Part shown: positions 10,965 to 22,105 of the stretch, one piece after another | Layout: the number at the start of each line of letters is the position of its first letter | Numbering within the stretch: the first letter of the stretch is position 1 | Source: Alphaproteobacteria bacterium | GTDB taxonomy: Bacteria; Pseudomonadota; Alphaproteobacteria; Bin95 | Assembly (NCBI GenBank): GCA_965205265.1 | Contig: CBDBGH010000003.1 | Coordinates: forward strand, 160,001 to 224,000 | Direction: 5' to 3' | Length of the DNA stretch: 64,000 nucleotides | Translations under genes and position numbers: made by a program | The notes under the pieces: generated by a model | Database searches by the model: none | The model's input: the letters and a program-made list of their open reading frames with translations, nothing else | What the model was told of the DNA's origin: nothing

Positions 10965-11876
10965 TCAGACGGGATCCCAGTAGAAAACGTCGCCGTCGCG
11001 GTCGAGCGGCGAGAAGGCCGCCTTCAGGGACGGCATGGCGTGTTCGTGGATGGCTGCCGCCGTCCAGCCCTCGCCGCGGTGGACGGAGCGCGCCGGGCGG
11101 TGCTGGTTGAAGATGAACTGCTCGTTGCGGCGCGACGCGAAGATCTGCCCCGTCACGCCGCTCGCAAGGTCGGAAAGCAGATAGACCACCATCGGCGCGA
11201 TCTGCGCGGGCTGCAGTGTCTTCAGCTTCTCGATCCGCTCCAGCTCCTGCGGCGTGCCGGCCGGAATGGTCTCGATCATGCGCGTCCAGGCGAAGGGCGA
11301 CATGCAGTTGGAGCGCACATTGAAGCGCTGCATGTCGAGCGCGATCGACTTCGACAGCCCGACAATCCCCATCTTCGCCGCCGCATAGTTCGCCTGGCCG
11401 AAATTGCCGATCAGACCCGAGGTCGAGGTGAAATGCACCATCGCCCCCGACTCCTGCGCCCGGAAACGGTCCGCCGCATTGCGCGCCACATTGAACGAGC
11501 CCTTGAGATGCACCGAAATCACCGCATCCCAGTCCGCCTCGCTCATCTTGTGGAAGATCACATCGCGCAGAATGCCGGCCACATTCACAACCCCGTCGAT
11601 GCGCCCGAAGGTCTCCACCGCCTGGCCGACCATCCGGCCCGCCGCCTCGTAATCGGCCACGCTGTCGCCGTTGACGACCGCCTCGCCGCCCGCCGCCTCG
11701 ATCATCGCCACGGTCTCCTGGGCCGGCGTCGCATCCGCCCCCGAACCGCCGACATCGCCGCCAAGGTCGTTCACGACCACCTGCGCGCCCTCGCGCGCCG
11801 CCAGAACCGCAACCTCGCGACCGATGCCACGGCCCGCCCCCGTCACCAGAACGACCTTGCCTTCCAATACGCCCAT
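10965..11876 (-). CDS. SDR family NAD(P)-dependent oxidoreductase (hydroxyacyl-CoA dehydrogenase-like)
   Basis: TGAGRGIG, VVVNDLG, NVAGILRD, YAAAK. Confidence 0.9.
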   Translation of the reverse strand: MGVLEGKVVLVTGAGRGIGREVAVLAAREGAQVVVNDLGGDVGGSGADATPAQETVAMIEAAGGEAVVNGDSVADYEAAGRMVGQAVETFGRIDGVVNVAGILRDVIFHKMSEADWDAVISVHLKGSFNVARNAADRFRAQESGAMVHFTSTSGLIGNFGQANYAAAKMGIVGLSKSIALDMQRFNVRSNCMSPFAWTRMIETIPAGTPQELERIEKLKTLQPAQIAPMVVYLLSDLASGVTGQIFASRRNEQFIFNQHRPARSVHRGEGWTAAAIHEHAMPSLKAAFSPLDRDGDVFYWDPV

Positions 11877-12205
11877 CCAACCCGGCTCCCCAGTCTGTGC
11901 CGGCGCCAGCATAGATTGCCGCGCCCGCCTGTGCGAGCGCCGCCGCCGGCCGCCGATTTGACGCGGTTGGCGGATACTTGCATAAATGCCGGCCGGCAGC
12001 CTGGCGTTTCGCCGGGTTGAAACATAGCGGCGGTATTTCCGGAGCGGTCTCGACCATCGATGCTCCTGCGCCGCGCTGCGGCGGCATTCAACGAATGCTG
12101 CCGCGGAGAGATCGACAAATCGCCCGTCTGGCCGGCAGGGAGTTTCTGTATCGGACTGCATCCGCCCATAACGGAACCGGGACAGACGGCAGGGAGAGCG
12201 CAAAC

Positions 12206-13786
12206 GTGAAAGATATCCTGAAGTTCCAGCAGATGGTTCGCGACGGCGTAATGGGCCGGCGCGACTTCCTCGCAGCCCTCGGCGCGCTCGGCGTTACCGG
12301 CGCCGCCGCAACGGGCTTCCTGCATTCGTCCAGCGCGCTCGCGGCAACGCCGCGCAAGGGCGGGACGGTGCGCTACGCGAACAACCTCCACGGGCCCGAC
12401 GACCAGATGGACCCGATCGTCTTCACCTCGGGCATCGACTACACGCGGGGGCGGGCCACCTATAACGGCCTCGTCCAGATGCGCGACAACATGATGCTCG
12501 CGCCGGAGCTCGCCGAGGAATGGTCGGCGAACAGCGACGCCACCGAATACACCTTCAAGATCCGCAAGGGCGTGGAGTTCCACGACGGCTCGCCGCTGAC
12601 CGCCGACGATGTGGTCTGGAGCATGAACCGCCATCTCGGCGAGGCGTCCCCCTCGGTCGCCAAGGCGCTGTTCCAGTCGGTGCAGGAGTGGAAGAAGGTG
12701 GACGGGCACACCGTCAAGGCCATCCTGAAAACGCCGGATTCCGATCTTCCCGCGAAGCTCACCGAGAAGCAGGCGAAGATCGCCAAGATGGACACCGAGG
12801 ACTTCAAGAAGGGCAACGGCACCGGCCCGTTCATTCTCGAGTCCTTCGAGGCCGGCGTGCGCTCCACCCATGTGCGCAACCCGAATTACTGGCGGGACGG
12901 CGCGAATTTCGAGGCGCTGGAGATCACCGCCATCACCGACCCGCTGGCGCGGGCCAATGCGCTGATCGCCGGCGACGTGGAGCTCATCAACCAGGTCGAC
13001 TCCAAGAGCATTCCCCGTGTCGAGGAGGCCGACGGCGTGCGCGTCATTTCGACGCCGACCAGCGCCTATACCGGCATCTGCATCCTGAAGAACACCGCAC
13101 CCGGCGAGAACGACGACTTCGTCAAGGGCATGCAATACATCCAGGACCGCGAACGCATCGTGCGTGCGATCCTCAAGGGGCACGGCACGGTCGGCAACGA
13201 CCACCCGGTCGGGCCGGCCTTCGGCCCGGACCATTGCGCGGAGCTGGCGCAACGCCCGTTCGACCCGGACAAGGCCAAATTCCACCTGGAGAAGTCGGGC
13301 GTCACCTCCGCCGAGCTGCATGTCGCGCCGGTCCGCCTCGGCATCGTCGAAATCTGCCTCCTGATGCAGGCCAATCTCAAGAAGATCGGCTTCGATCTCA
13401 GGATCAAGCAGGTGCCGACCGACGGCTATTGGGGCGCGGTGTGGATGAAGGAGCCGATGAATGTCGTGTCGTGGAACATGCGTCCCACGGCGAACGCGCA
13501 GATGGCCATCCAGTTCGCTCCGGGCGCGGCCTGGAACGACACCTTCTGGAACAACCAGCGGATGGGAGAGCTGCTCACGGCCCAGCTCGCCGAGACCGAT
13601 CCGGCCAAGCGCCACGGCATGCTCTGCGAAATGCAGACCCTCATCCACAATGGCAGCGGCATGGTGATCCCCTGCCACGTGAACGAGGTGGACGGCGCCA
13701 GCAACAAGGTCCAGGGCATCCCGAATGTGCCGTTCGGCTCGCTCGGCGCCTATGAATGGGTCGAGTTCGCCTGGATGGACGAGTGA
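12206..13786 (+). CDS. Peptide/nickel-type ABC substrate-binding protein with Tat signal
   Basis: GRRDFL twin-arginine; LAPELAEEW..YTFKIRKGVEFHDGSPLTADDV family-5 signature; GTGPF; GTG start after GGGAG. Confidence 0.9.
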   Translation: MKDILKFQQMVRDGVMGRRDFLAALGALGVTGAAATGFLHSSSALAATPRKGGTVRYANNLHGPDDQMDPIVFTSGIDYTRGRATYNGLVQMRDNMMLAPELAEEWSANSDATEYTFKIRKGVEFHDGSPLTADDVVWSMNRHLGEASPSVAKALFQSVQEWKKVDGHTVKAILKTPDSDLPAKLTEKQAKIAKMDTEDFKKGNGTGPFILESFEAGVRSTHVRNPNYWRDGANFEALEITAITDPLARANALIAGDVELINQVDSKSIPRVEEADGVRVISTPTSAYTGICILKNTAPGENDDFVKGMQYIQDRERIVRAILKGHGTVGNDHPVGPAFGPDHCAELAQRPFDPDKAKFHLEKSGVTSAELHVAPVRLGIVEICLLMQANLKKIGFDLRIKQVPTDGYWGAVWMKEPMNVVSWNMRPTANAQMAIQFAPGAAWNDTFWNNQRMGELLTAQLAETDPAKRHGMLCEMQTLIHNGSGMVIPCHVNEVDGASNKVQGIPNVPFGSLGAYEWVEFAWMDE

Positions 13787-13816
13787 GCCCGGCCGTGCCG
13801 TCGTCCGGATGAAACG

Positions 13817-13850
13817 GGCCCGCGCGGCTTCGGCCGCGCGGGCCTTATTC
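13817..13850 (+). terminator. Intra-operon stem-loop after the SBP gene (stabiliser or weak terminator)
   Basis: Perfect 12-bp stem ggcccgcgcggc/gccgcgcgggcc with TTCG loop, followed by ttattc. Confidence 0.7.
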
Positions 13851-13932
13851 TCCGGCCGCCGCTGCGAAGCCGCGACCGGCACTCCGGCCGCTTCCAGCGA
13901 GGCATGGCGGCCCGTTCGGGACCGTCCTTGGA

Positions 13933-14904
13933 ATGACATTGCTAAACGCGATATTGCGCCGGACCGCACTCGGCGTCGCGACCCTGTTCGTCGTGTCGGT
14001 GCTGATCTTCGTCGGCACCAGCATTCTGCCGGGCGATGTGGCCAACATCATCCTCGGCCAGATGGCGACGCCGGAATCCTTGGCGGCGCTCCGGGCCAAG
14101 CTCGGCCTGGATGAGCCTGCGCCTATCCGTTACTGGATCTGGCTGAGCGATCTGCTGACGGGAGACCTCGGCTTCTCCAAGGCCGGCGCCGGGGCCGGCA
14201 CGATCGGCACCCCGATCTCCGAAATGCTCATGCCCCGCCTGGTCAACACGCTGCGCCTCGCCGGCGCGGTCGCGATGGTCGCGGTGCCCTTCGCGGTGAC
14301 GATAGGCCTGCTGGCGGCCATGTATCCCGGCACGAAACTCGACCGCGCGGTTACCTTCACCACGCTCGGGCTCATCTCGGTGCCCGAGTTCCTGGTCGCC
14401 ACCATGCTGGTGCTGATCGTGGCGGTGCAGCTCGGCTGGCTGCCGGCCACGGCCTATATCAGCGGGCAGGAGACCGGGATGAAGCTGGTCCGGGCGCTGG
14501 CGATGCCGGCGCTCACCCTGATTATCGTCGCCTCCTCGCAGATCATGCGCATGACGCGGGCCACCGTGCTCAACGTCATGAGTTCCCCCTATATCGAGAT
14601 GGCGATCCTGAAGGGCGTGCCGCGCAAGCGGATCATCCTGCGCCATGCGCTGTTCAACGCCATCGGGCCGATCGCCAATGTCATCGCCCTCAACCTCGCC
14701 TATCTCGTAAGCGGCGTGGTGATCGTCGAGACGATCTTCGCCTATCCGGGGCTGGCGAAGCTGATGATCGACGCCGTGCAGACGCGCGACCTGCCGCTGG
14801 TGCAGGCCTGCGCCATGATCTTCTGCGCGACCTACATCGTGCTGATCTTCATCGCGGACATGGTCTCGATCCTGTCCAATCCCCGCCTGCGGCACCCGAA
14901 ATAG
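13933..14904 (+). CDS. ABC permease (DppB-like)
   Basis: LPGDVA, LGLDEP, YIEMAILKG, RHALFNA, NPRLR. Confidence 0.9.
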   Translation: MTLLNAILRRTALGVATLFVVSVLIFVGTSILPGDVANIILGQMATPESLAALRAKLGLDEPAPIRYWIWLSDLLTGDLGFSKAGAGAGTIGTPISEMLMPRLVNTLRLAGAVAMVAVPFAVTIGLLAAMYPGTKLDRAVTFTTLGLISVPEFLVATMLVLIVAVQLGWLPATAYISGQETGMKLVRALAMPALTLIIVASSQIMRMTRATVLNVMSSPYIEMAILKGVPRKRIILRHALFNAIGPIANVIALNLAYLVSGVVIVETIFAYPGLAKLMIDAVQTRDLPLVQACAMIFCATYIVLIFIADMVSILSNPRLRHPK

Positions 14905-14914
14905 AGGAAGCTTC

Positions 14915-15850
14915 ATGGCCGACAGCGTGGACAAGTCCGAAGCCGGGGCTGCCTTCGAGGAACTGCCCGACGCGCCGCCGCGGCGGCGGCTGCGGCTTTC
15001 CTGGAGCGGCAAGCTCGGGGTCTGCGTCGTCGCCTTCTGGATGGCCATCGTGTTCATCGGGCCGTCGATCTCGCCCTATCACGAGGCCGACATCCTGGAC
15101 GAGGCGCTGTTCATCGTGCCCGGCAGCGACAATCCCTATCCCGAGACGGACTACCAGCCGCCAAGCGATATCGCGTGGCTCGGCACCGACTATCTCGGCC
15201 GCGACATACTTTCCCGCACTTTGTTCGGTGCGCGCACGACCATCGGCATCTCGCTCGCCTCGACGCTGCTCGCCTATCTCGTGGGCGTCACGCTCGGCAT
15301 TGCAGCGGCGGTGGGCGGAACCGTCATGGATTCCACGCTCAGCCGGTTCAACGACGCCATATTGTCGATCCCGAGCATCATGCTGGCGCTCGTGGTGATC
15401 GCCGCTATCGGCAGCACCATCCCGATCCTGATCGTGCTGACCGGCCTCATATACGCCTCGAGCGTGTTCCGGATCGCGCGGTCGCTCGGGCTCGATGTGA
15501 AGGTCAGCGATTTCGTCGAGGCGGCGCGGGTGCGCGGCGAGGGGCTGTGGTGGATCGTCACCCGCGAGATCCTGCCCAATGTCGCCATGCCGATGGCGAC
15601 CGATTTCGGGCTGCGCTTCGTCTATGTCATCCTCTTCATCTCGAGCCTGAGCTTCCTCGGCCTCGGCGTGCAGCCGCCCCAGTCCGACTGGGGCAGCATG
15701 GTGCGGGAGAACCTTTCGGGGCTTCCCTACGGCGCCGTCGCGCCGCTGGTCCCGGCGCTCGCCATCGCCACGCTCACAATCGCCATCAACCTCATCGTGG
15801 ACGATGTCTCCGCCCATGCCGGCGGGCGGCTGGCGAAGAGGATGATCTGA
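14915..15850 (+). CDS. ABC permease (DppC-like)
   Basis: WLGTDYLGRDILSR, FVEAARVRGE, LSFLGLGVQPP..DWG. Confidence 0.9.
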   Translation: MADSVDKSEAGAAFEELPDAPPRRRLRLSWSGKLGVCVVAFWMAIVFIGPSISPYHEADILDEALFIVPGSDNPYPETDYQPPSDIAWLGTDYLGRDILSRTLFGARTTIGISLASTLLAYLVGVTLGIAAAVGGTVMDSTLSRFNDAILSIPSIMLALVVIAAIGSTIPILIVLTGLIYASSVFRIARSLGLDVKVSDFVEAARVRGEGLWWIVTREILPNVAMPMATDFGLRFVYVILFISSLSFLGLGVQPPQSDWGSMVRENLSGLPYGAVAPLVPALAIATLTIAINLIVDDVSAHAGGRLAKRMI

Positions 15851-17679
15851 TGCCCGCCCTCCTCGAAGTCGACGGCCTGACGATAGACGCGCGCAAGGAC
15901 GACGGCAGCCTGGCGCCCATCGTCAAGGGCGTGAGCTTCGGCATCGAGCGGGGCGAGGTGGTGGCGCTCATCGGCGAATCCGGCTCGGGCAAGACCACCA
16001 TCGCGCTCTCGGCGCTCGGATATTCCAAGCCGGGCCTGGAGTTCACCGGCGGCGAGGTCCGCCTGGACGGCCGCGACGTGATCTCCATGCCGCCGGACGA
16101 GAAGCGCGACATGCGCGGCCAGCGCGTCGCCTATCTCGCCCAGAGCGCGGCCGCCACCTTCAACCCGGCGCTCACCATCGGCGAGCAGGTGACCGAGTCC
16201 CCCGTCCTCCACGGGCAGATGAGCCGCGAGGAGGCGGAGGAGCGCGCCGAAGAGCTTTACCGGGCGCTGGAGCTGCCGGACCCGGACCGCCTCGGCAGGC
16301 GCTATCCCCACCAGGTGTCCGGCGGGCAATTGCAGCGGCTGATGGCGGCCATGGCGCTCTGCGGCAGGCCGGACCTTCTGATCCTGGACGAGCCGACCAC
16401 CGCCCTCGATGTCACGACCCAGATCGAGGTGCTCAAGGCGTTCAAGTCGGTCATCAAGCGCGAAGGGGCGGCGGCGCTCTATGTCACCCACGACCTCTCC
16501 GTCGTCGCCCAGATCGCCGACCGCATCGTCGTCCTCTATGCAGGCGACATCCTGGAGCACGGAGACGCCGACCAGGTCATCAACCGCCCAGCGCACGACT
16601 ATACGCGCCGGCTGATGGCGGCCGTGCGACCGCCCCCGGCCGCAGGCCAGGGCGACGAGGCGCTGGCGGAGCATTTGCGGGACAGTCCCGCCATCGAGGT
16701 GAAGGGCGTCAATGCGGGCTACGGCCGGCGCATGGACGGCTCCGTGACCGTCAAGGTGCTGCGCGATGTCAACCTGACCGTGCAGCGGGGCCACACGGTC
16801 GGGATCATCGGCGAGTCGGGCTGCGGCAAGTCCACCCTCGCACGGGTCGTGTCCGGCCTGCTGCCCGCCGTCGAAGGCGAGATATTGCTGGACGGCGAAC
16901 CGCTCCGGCCCGGCCTCCAGCAGCGCGAGCGCAGCGAGCTCCAGAAGATCCAGTTCGTGTTCCAGATGGCCGATGTCGCGCTCAATCCGCGCCAGAGGAT
17001 CGGCAGCATTCTCGGCCGCCCGCTCGAATTCTATTTCGGCCTGCGCGGGAAGGAGAGGCGCCAGCGTGTCGGCGAGCTGCTGCAGATGGTGGAGCTTCCG
17101 CCGGAGTTTGCCGGGCGCTATCCCGAGGAGCTTTCCGGCGGGCAGAAACAGCGGGTCAACCTCGCCCGCGCGCTGGCGGCGTCGCCCGAAGTGCTGCTCT
17201 GCGACGAGGTGATTTCCGCGCTCGACACCATAGTCGGCGCCAATGTCATCGAGCTCCTCAAGCGGCTCCGGCGCCAGAGCGGCGTGTCCTTCGTCTTCAT
17301 CAGCCACGACCTGTCCACGGTCGCGTCCTTCGCCGACGACATCGTCGTGCTCTATGCCGGGCGGGTGGTGGAGCAGGGGCCGACCGACCGCGTGCTCTCG
17401 CCTCCCTACCATCCCTATACCCGCCTGCTGATCGCCTCGGTTCCGGAACTGCGCATCGGCTGGCTGGAAGAGACGATGGAGAGCCAGGAGGCGCAGGCGG
17501 GCATCGACCGCGTCGTCACGATGACCGATACGGGCTGCCCCTTCTTCGACCGCTGCCCGATCGCCATCGACGGCACCTGCGACCGGGAGACGCCGCCCGT
17601 CCGGAATCTCGGCGGGCGGCACGCCATAGAATGCCACCACTCGGAGGCGGAGTTCATGGAAGGGATGCCGGCGGGCTGA
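15850..17679 (+). CDS. Fused dual-NBD ABC ATPase (DppD/F-like)
   Basis: GESGSGKT and GESGCGKS; C-terminal GCPF..RC..C..CH Cys cluster. Confidence 0.9.
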   Translation: MPALLEVDGLTIDARKDDGSLAPIVKGVSFGIERGEVVALIGESGSGKTTIALSALGYSKPGLEFTGGEVRLDGRDVISMPPDEKRDMRGQRVAYLAQSAAATFNPALTIGEQVTESPVLHGQMSREEAEERAEELYRALELPDPDRLGRRYPHQVSGGQLQRLMAAMALCGRPDLLILDEPTTALDVTTQIEVLKAFKSVIKREGAAALYVTHDLSVVAQIADRIVVLYAGDILEHGDADQVINRPAHDYTRRLMAAVRPPPAAGQGDEALAEHLRDSPAIEVKGVNAGYGRRMDGSVTVKVLRDVNLTVQRGHTVGIIGESGCGKSTLARVVSGLLPAVEGEILLDGEPLRPGLQQRERSELQKIQFVFQMADVALNPRQRIGSILGRPLEFYFGLRGKERRQRVGELLQMVELPPEFAGRYPEELSGGQKQRVNLARALAASPEVLLCDEVISALDTIVGANVIELLKRLRRQSGVSFVFISHDLSTVASFADDIVVLYAGRVVEQGPTDRVLSPPYHPYTRLLIASVPELRIGWLEETMESQEAQAGIDRVVTMTDTGCPFFDRCPIAIDGTCDRETPPVRNLGGRHAIECHHSEAEFMEGMPAG

Positions 17680-17694
17680 CCGTTCCGCCCTGCC

Positions 17695-19257
17695 TTAGTC
17701 CTCCGTTGCAGCCCTTCGAGAAGCCAGCAAGCGCCTTACTTCCGCCAGCCTGACCGCGCCGAGGCCGAGCGCGGCGAGGGCGAACACCGCAAAGCCGCCG
17801 ATGCAGAGTAGCGCCAGCGCCCCGATCCGTGCGGCCTCGCCGCCTGCGAGCCAGGGGCCGAGCGCTTCCAGCCCGCCGAGAAGCGCCGCCGCCATGACGA
17901 GCGAAGCGCCGGCGGCGCGCGGCAGGCGGGAGAGGAGCCGCCGGTCCGCCTCGCAATGGCCGCAGCGCCGCAGCATCGCCCACAGGAGGGCCGCATTGGC
18001 CCAGGCGGCGGCGCTGGTGGCGGCGGCGATGCCGACATGCCCGATTTCCCGGTAGAGCGCGAGGCTAAGCGCGGTGTTGAGCGCCACGGCGACCACGGTC
18101 AGCCGGAACGGGATGCGCATGTCGCCGCGCGCGAAGAAGCCCGGCTGCAGCACCCGCACCAGCACGAAGGCCGGCAGGCCGGCGGCGAAGGCGGCGATGG
18201 CCGCCGCCGTCGCCTGCGTGTCCGCCGCCGTGAAGGCGCCCCTCTCGAACAGCACGCCCGCCACCGCCTCCGGCATGGCGATGAGCGCGGCCGCGGCCGG
18301 AAGCGCCAGCAGCATGGCGATCTCGACCGCCCGGTTCATCTCGTCGGACGCGCCCTTGTCGTCGCCGGCTTCGAGCGTGCGGGTGAGGCGCGGCAGCAGC
18401 GCCGTGCCGAGCGCGATGCCGACCACGCCGAGCGGCAGCTGGTAGATGCGGTCCGCATAATGCAGCCAGGCGACGGCCCCGGTCGGCAGCAGCGAGGCGA
18501 TCATCGTGCCGATCAGCAGGTTGATCTGGAGCGCGCCGGCGGAGAGCGTGCCCGGAACCAGTTGCCGGAGCAGCCGGCGGACGCCGCGCGTGAGCCGGGG
18601 CCTGCGCAGCCGGAGCCTGAGCCGCGCCCGGCGCATGTCCCAGAGGATGAGCGCCAGCTGTCCGAACCCCGCGAGGCAGACGCCGATGGAGAGCGTCAGC
18701 CCCGGCGCGCCGGTCCAGAGCGCGGAGATGGCCAGCGCCGCGATCAGCACGACATTCAGCAGGATCGGCGCGGCCGACGGAACCGCGAAACGGTAGAAGC
18801 TGTTCAATATGCCGGCGAAGAAGGCCAGCAACGCCATGCACATGAGATAGGGGAAGGTGAGGCGCGAGAAGAGCACGGCCGGGCCGAAGCGTTCCGGCTG
18901 GTCGAGGAATCCCGGCGCCAGGACCGCGACCAGGATCGGCATGAAGGCTTCGGCGAGCGCGGTGAACACGAGCAGCGCGGCGAACAGCACCGCCATCACT
19001 TCCTCGCCGAAGGCGAGCGCCGCCTTGCGCCCGTCCTGCTGCAGCCGGCCCGAGAACATCGGCACGAAGGCCGCGGCAAAAGCGCCTTCCGCAAACAGCC
19101 GGCGGAACAGGTTGGGCAGGCGGAAGGCGACGAGGAAGGCGTCGGCTATCGGCCCGGCGCCCAGCAGCGCGGCGAATGCGAGGTCGCGCGCAAAGCCCAG
19201 CACCCGGCTCGCCATGGTGTAGCCGCCGACGGTCGCGGCGGCGCGCAGGAGCGCCAT
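17695..19257 (-). CDS. murJ: Lipid II flippase MurJ (MviN)
   Basis: SRVLGFARD, AFRLPNLFRRLFAEGA, YADRIYQLPLG. Confidence 0.95.
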   Translation of the reverse strand: MALLRAAATVGGYTMASRVLGFARDLAFAALLGAGPIADAFLVAFRLPNLFRRLFAEGAFAAAFVPMFSGRLQQDGRKAALAFGEEVMAVLFAALLVFTALAEAFMPILVAVLAPGFLDQPERFGPAVLFSRLTFPYLMCMALLAFFAGILNSFYRFAVPSAAPILLNVVLIAALAISALWTGAPGLTLSIGVCLAGFGQLALILWDMRRARLRLRLRRPRLTRGVRRLLRQLVPGTLSAGALQINLLIGTMIASLLPTGAVAWLHYADRIYQLPLGVVGIALGTALLPRLTRTLEAGDDKGASDEMNRAVEIAMLLALPAAAALIAMPEAVAGVLFERGAFTAADTQATAAAIAAFAAGLPAFVLVRVLQPGFFARGDMRIPFRLTVVAVALNTALSLALYREIGHVGIAAATSAAAWANAALLWAMLRRCGHCEADRRLLSRLPRAAGASLVMAAALLGGLEALGPWLAGGEAARIGALALLCIGGFAVFALAALGLGAVRLAEVRRLLASRRAATED

Positions 19258-19266
19258 CGCCAGCCC

Positions 19267-22008
19267 TCAGCCGGTTTCGTCCGGGCCTGCGACCGCCTGC
19301 AGCAAGCTTTCATGCACGCGGGCGAGCTTGCCGTCATGGACGACTTTCAGCCCGAACACATCCTTGACATAGAACACATCGACCACCCGTTCGCCATAGG
19401 TGGCGATGCGCGCCGTGGTGATCCGGAGGCTGAGGTCCGAAAGGGCGCGGGCCACATCGAACAGAAAGCCCGGCCGGTCGCGCCCGTTGACCTCGATCAC
19501 GGTGTGGGTGGCGGAGGCGCGGTTGTCGATCAGCACGCGCGGCGGCACGATGAACACGGCGGTGCGCGACGGCCAGGACCGCCGGCGCCGGACCTCGCGC
19601 CGAAGGTCGATCTCGCCGCCCAGCGCCTCCCGCACCCGGCGCTCCAGCGCCTGCAATTGGCGCGCGCCGGTCACCGCATGCCCTTCGGGATCCTGGACCT
19701 GGAAGGTGTCTATCGCGATGCCGTCCGCAAAGGTGAACACCCGGGCCTCGACGACGCTCATCCCCGATGCTGCCAGCGCGCCCGCGAAACGCGCGAACAG
19801 GCCCGGGTGGTCATGTGCGCAGAACACCACTTCGGTGACCGCCCGGCTCTCGTCGATGCGGGCCTTCACGGAAAGCGCCGCGGGGTCGTCGCGGACCTCC
19901 GCGATCATGCCGGCGTGATGGACCAGCGTGTCCAGGTCCCAGGCGAGCCAGTAGCTCGCGGGCGCGGCGTCGGCAAAAGCGGCGAAGGTGTCGTCCGGCC
20001 AGCCGGGCAGGGCGGCGCGCAGTCCGTCCTGCGCCTCGCGCACCCGCTCGGCGGCGGCGAGGCGGACATCGCCGCCGGTCAGCAGTTCCTCGGTCTTGAA
20101 ATAAAGCTCGCGCAGCAAGGCGGCCTTCCATGCATTCCAGACATTGGGGCCGACCGCGCGGATATCCGCCACGGTCAGCACCAGCAGCAGCCTGAGCCGT
20201 TCCGGAGACTGCACGAGGTCCGCGAAATCGGCGATGGCGCGCGCGTCGTTGAGGTCGAGCTTAAAGGCGGCCGCGCTCATGGCGAGATGATGGCGAACCA
20301 GCCATGAGACAGTTTCGGTCTCCTCGTCGGTGAGGCCGAGCTCCGGCCCGAGCCTGAGCGCGTCCTCGGCCCCCAGCACCGAATGGTCGCCGCCGCGTCC
20401 TTTGGCAATGTCGTGCATGAAGACCGCGAGATAGAGCGCCCGGCGCGACAGCACCTTGTGGACGACCTCGGAGGCGACCGGGGTCTCGTCGCGCAGTTCG
20501 CCCTGCTCGATGCGGTGCAGGATGCCGATCGCCCGGATGGTGTGCTCGTCCACCGTGTAGGTGTGGTACATGTCGTATTGCATCTGCGCCACGACCCGCC
20601 CGAACACGGGGATGAGACGGCCGAGCAGCCCCGCCTCGTTCATCCGCCGGAGCGTGACGTCCGGCGCCTTCTCCGAGGTCATCATGTCCAGGAAGAGCGA
20701 TGCCGCTTCCGGCCGGCGGTGGAAGCCGGAATCGATCCGGTGCAGGTTCCGGGTCACTTGCCTGAGCGCCGCCGGATGGATGTCGAGTTCGTGTTGCTGG
20801 GCTTCGTGGAAGAGCTGCAGCATGGCGGCCGGGTCGTCGGCGAAGGCGCTTTCGTCGGCAAGCGTGATCCAGCCGCCTTCGGCGGTGAACGGGCCCATCT
20901 GCCGGTCGCGGGTCAAGAGCCGCGAGAGGGAGAACAGCGGCTTGCGGCGATGCTCGTCCTCGAGCGCGGCGCAGAAGATGCGCGTCAGGTCGCCGACCCT
21001 CTTCGCCACCAGATAGTAGTGCTTCATGAAGCGCTCGACCGGGCGCGCCCCGGCGCGGCTGCGATAGCCGAGCCTGCCGGCGATCTCCTGCTGGAGGTCG
21101 AAGGTCAGCCGCTCCTCGGCGCGCCCGGCCAGATAGTGCAGGTGGCAGCGGACGGTCGAGAGGAACCGCTCCGCCTTGAGGAAGGCGGCAAGCTCCGCCG
21201 GCGCGAACACGCCCTTGCCCGCCAGTTCGCCCACATTGTCCACCCGGTAAAGATACTTGGCGATCCAGTAGAGGGTGTGGAGGTCGCGCAGCCCGCCCTT
21301 GCCTTCCTTGACATTCGGCTCGACGACATAGCGGCTGTCGCCGAAGCGCAGATGCCGCTCGTCGCGTTCGGCCAGCTTGCGCTCGGCGAATTCCGGCCCC
21401 GTCTTCCTGACCAGCTCGTCGGCGAAGCGGGCGCGGAACTCGTCGTAAAGTCCGGCTTCGCCCCAGAGGAAGCGCGTCTCCAGCAGGCTGGTGCAGATCG
21501 TCGTGTCCCGCCCGGCGAGGCGGAGGCACTCATCGACCGAGCGGGTGGCATGGCCGACCTTGAGGCCCGTGTCCCAGAGCAGCAGCAGCACATATTCGAC
21601 GATCTGCTCGACCCTCGGCGTGACCTTCCAGGGCAGCAGGAACAGGAGGTCGAGGTCCGAATAGGGCGCGAGGCTGCCGCGCCCGTAGCCGCCCTGGGCC
21701 GCCAGCGCGAAGCGGTCGCCCATGGTGGGGTTGGCGGCGGGGAACGCGGTTCCCGCAACGAAGTCGAACAGGCCGCCCGCAATCCGGTCCATAGCGGCGG
21801 AAAGGTCGTTCATGGCGATGTGGGCCGGCTGCCCCGCCTCGAAGGCGGCGCGCACGGCCCCGCGCGTTTCCTCCACGCCCTCTTTCAGGATGGCGAGCAC
21901 CCGCCCCCGGTCGGTGTGCGTCTCGGAGCCCAGCGCATCGAGCCGGGCGACCGTCCGCGCCGCCTGCCGGGCGCTCTCCCCGGCATATTGCAGGGCGGTT
22001 CCGTCCAC
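19267..22008 (-). CDS. glnD: [Protein-PII] uridylyltransferase
   Basis: GGYGRG..PYSDLDL, EPNVKEGKGGLRDL, HTYTVDEH, HDIAKG, two C-terminal ACT domains; GTG start uncertain. Confidence 0.93.
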   Translation of the reverse strand: MDGTALQYAGESARQAARTVARLDALGSETHTDRGRVLAILKEGVEETRGAVRAAFEAGQPAHIAMNDLSAAMDRIAGGLFDFVAGTAFPAANPTMGDRFALAAQGGYGRGSLAPYSDLDLLFLLPWKVTPRVEQIVEYVLLLLWDTGLKVGHATRSVDECLRLAGRDTTICTSLLETRFLWGEAGLYDEFRARFADELVRKTGPEFAERKLAERDERHLRFGDSRYVVEPNVKEGKGGLRDLHTLYWIAKYLYRVDNVGELAGKGVFAPAELAAFLKAERFLSTVRCHLHYLAGRAEERLTFDLQQEIAGRLGYRSRAGARPVERFMKHYYLVAKRVGDLTRIFCAALEDEHRRKPLFSLSRLLTRDRQMGPFTAEGGWITLADESAFADDPAAMLQLFHEAQQHELDIHPAALRQVTRNLHRIDSGFHRRPEAASLFLDMMTSEKAPDVTLRRMNEAGLLGRLIPVFGRVVAQMQYDMYHTYTVDEHTIRAIGILHRIEQGELRDETPVASEVVHKVLSRRALYLAVFMHDIAKGRGGDHSVLGAEDALRLGPELGLTDEETETVSWLVRHHLAMSAAAFKLDLNDARAIADFADLVQSPERLRLLLVLTVADIRAVGPNVWNAWKAALLRELYFKTEELLTGGDVRLAAAERVREAQDGLRAALPGWPDDTFAAFADAAPASYWLAWDLDTLVHHAGMIAEVRDDPAALSVKARIDESRAVTEVVFCAHDHPGLFARFAGALAASGMSVVEARVFTFADGIAIDTFQVQDPEGHAVTGARQLQALERRVREALGGEIDLRREVRRRRSWPSRTAVFIVPPRVLIDNRASATHTVIEVNGRDRPGFLFDVARALSDLSLRITTARIATYGERVVDVFYVKDVFGLKVVHDGKLARVHESLLQAVAGPDETG

Positions 22009-22105
22009 GCGCCTTGTCCTCGCTGCCGTCAGGCGCGACCATGGGCGGCACAGGACCACCCGTCAAGGCGGCGGGCGGCGCCCGATGCAGTAATGGGAGG
22101 GGTCT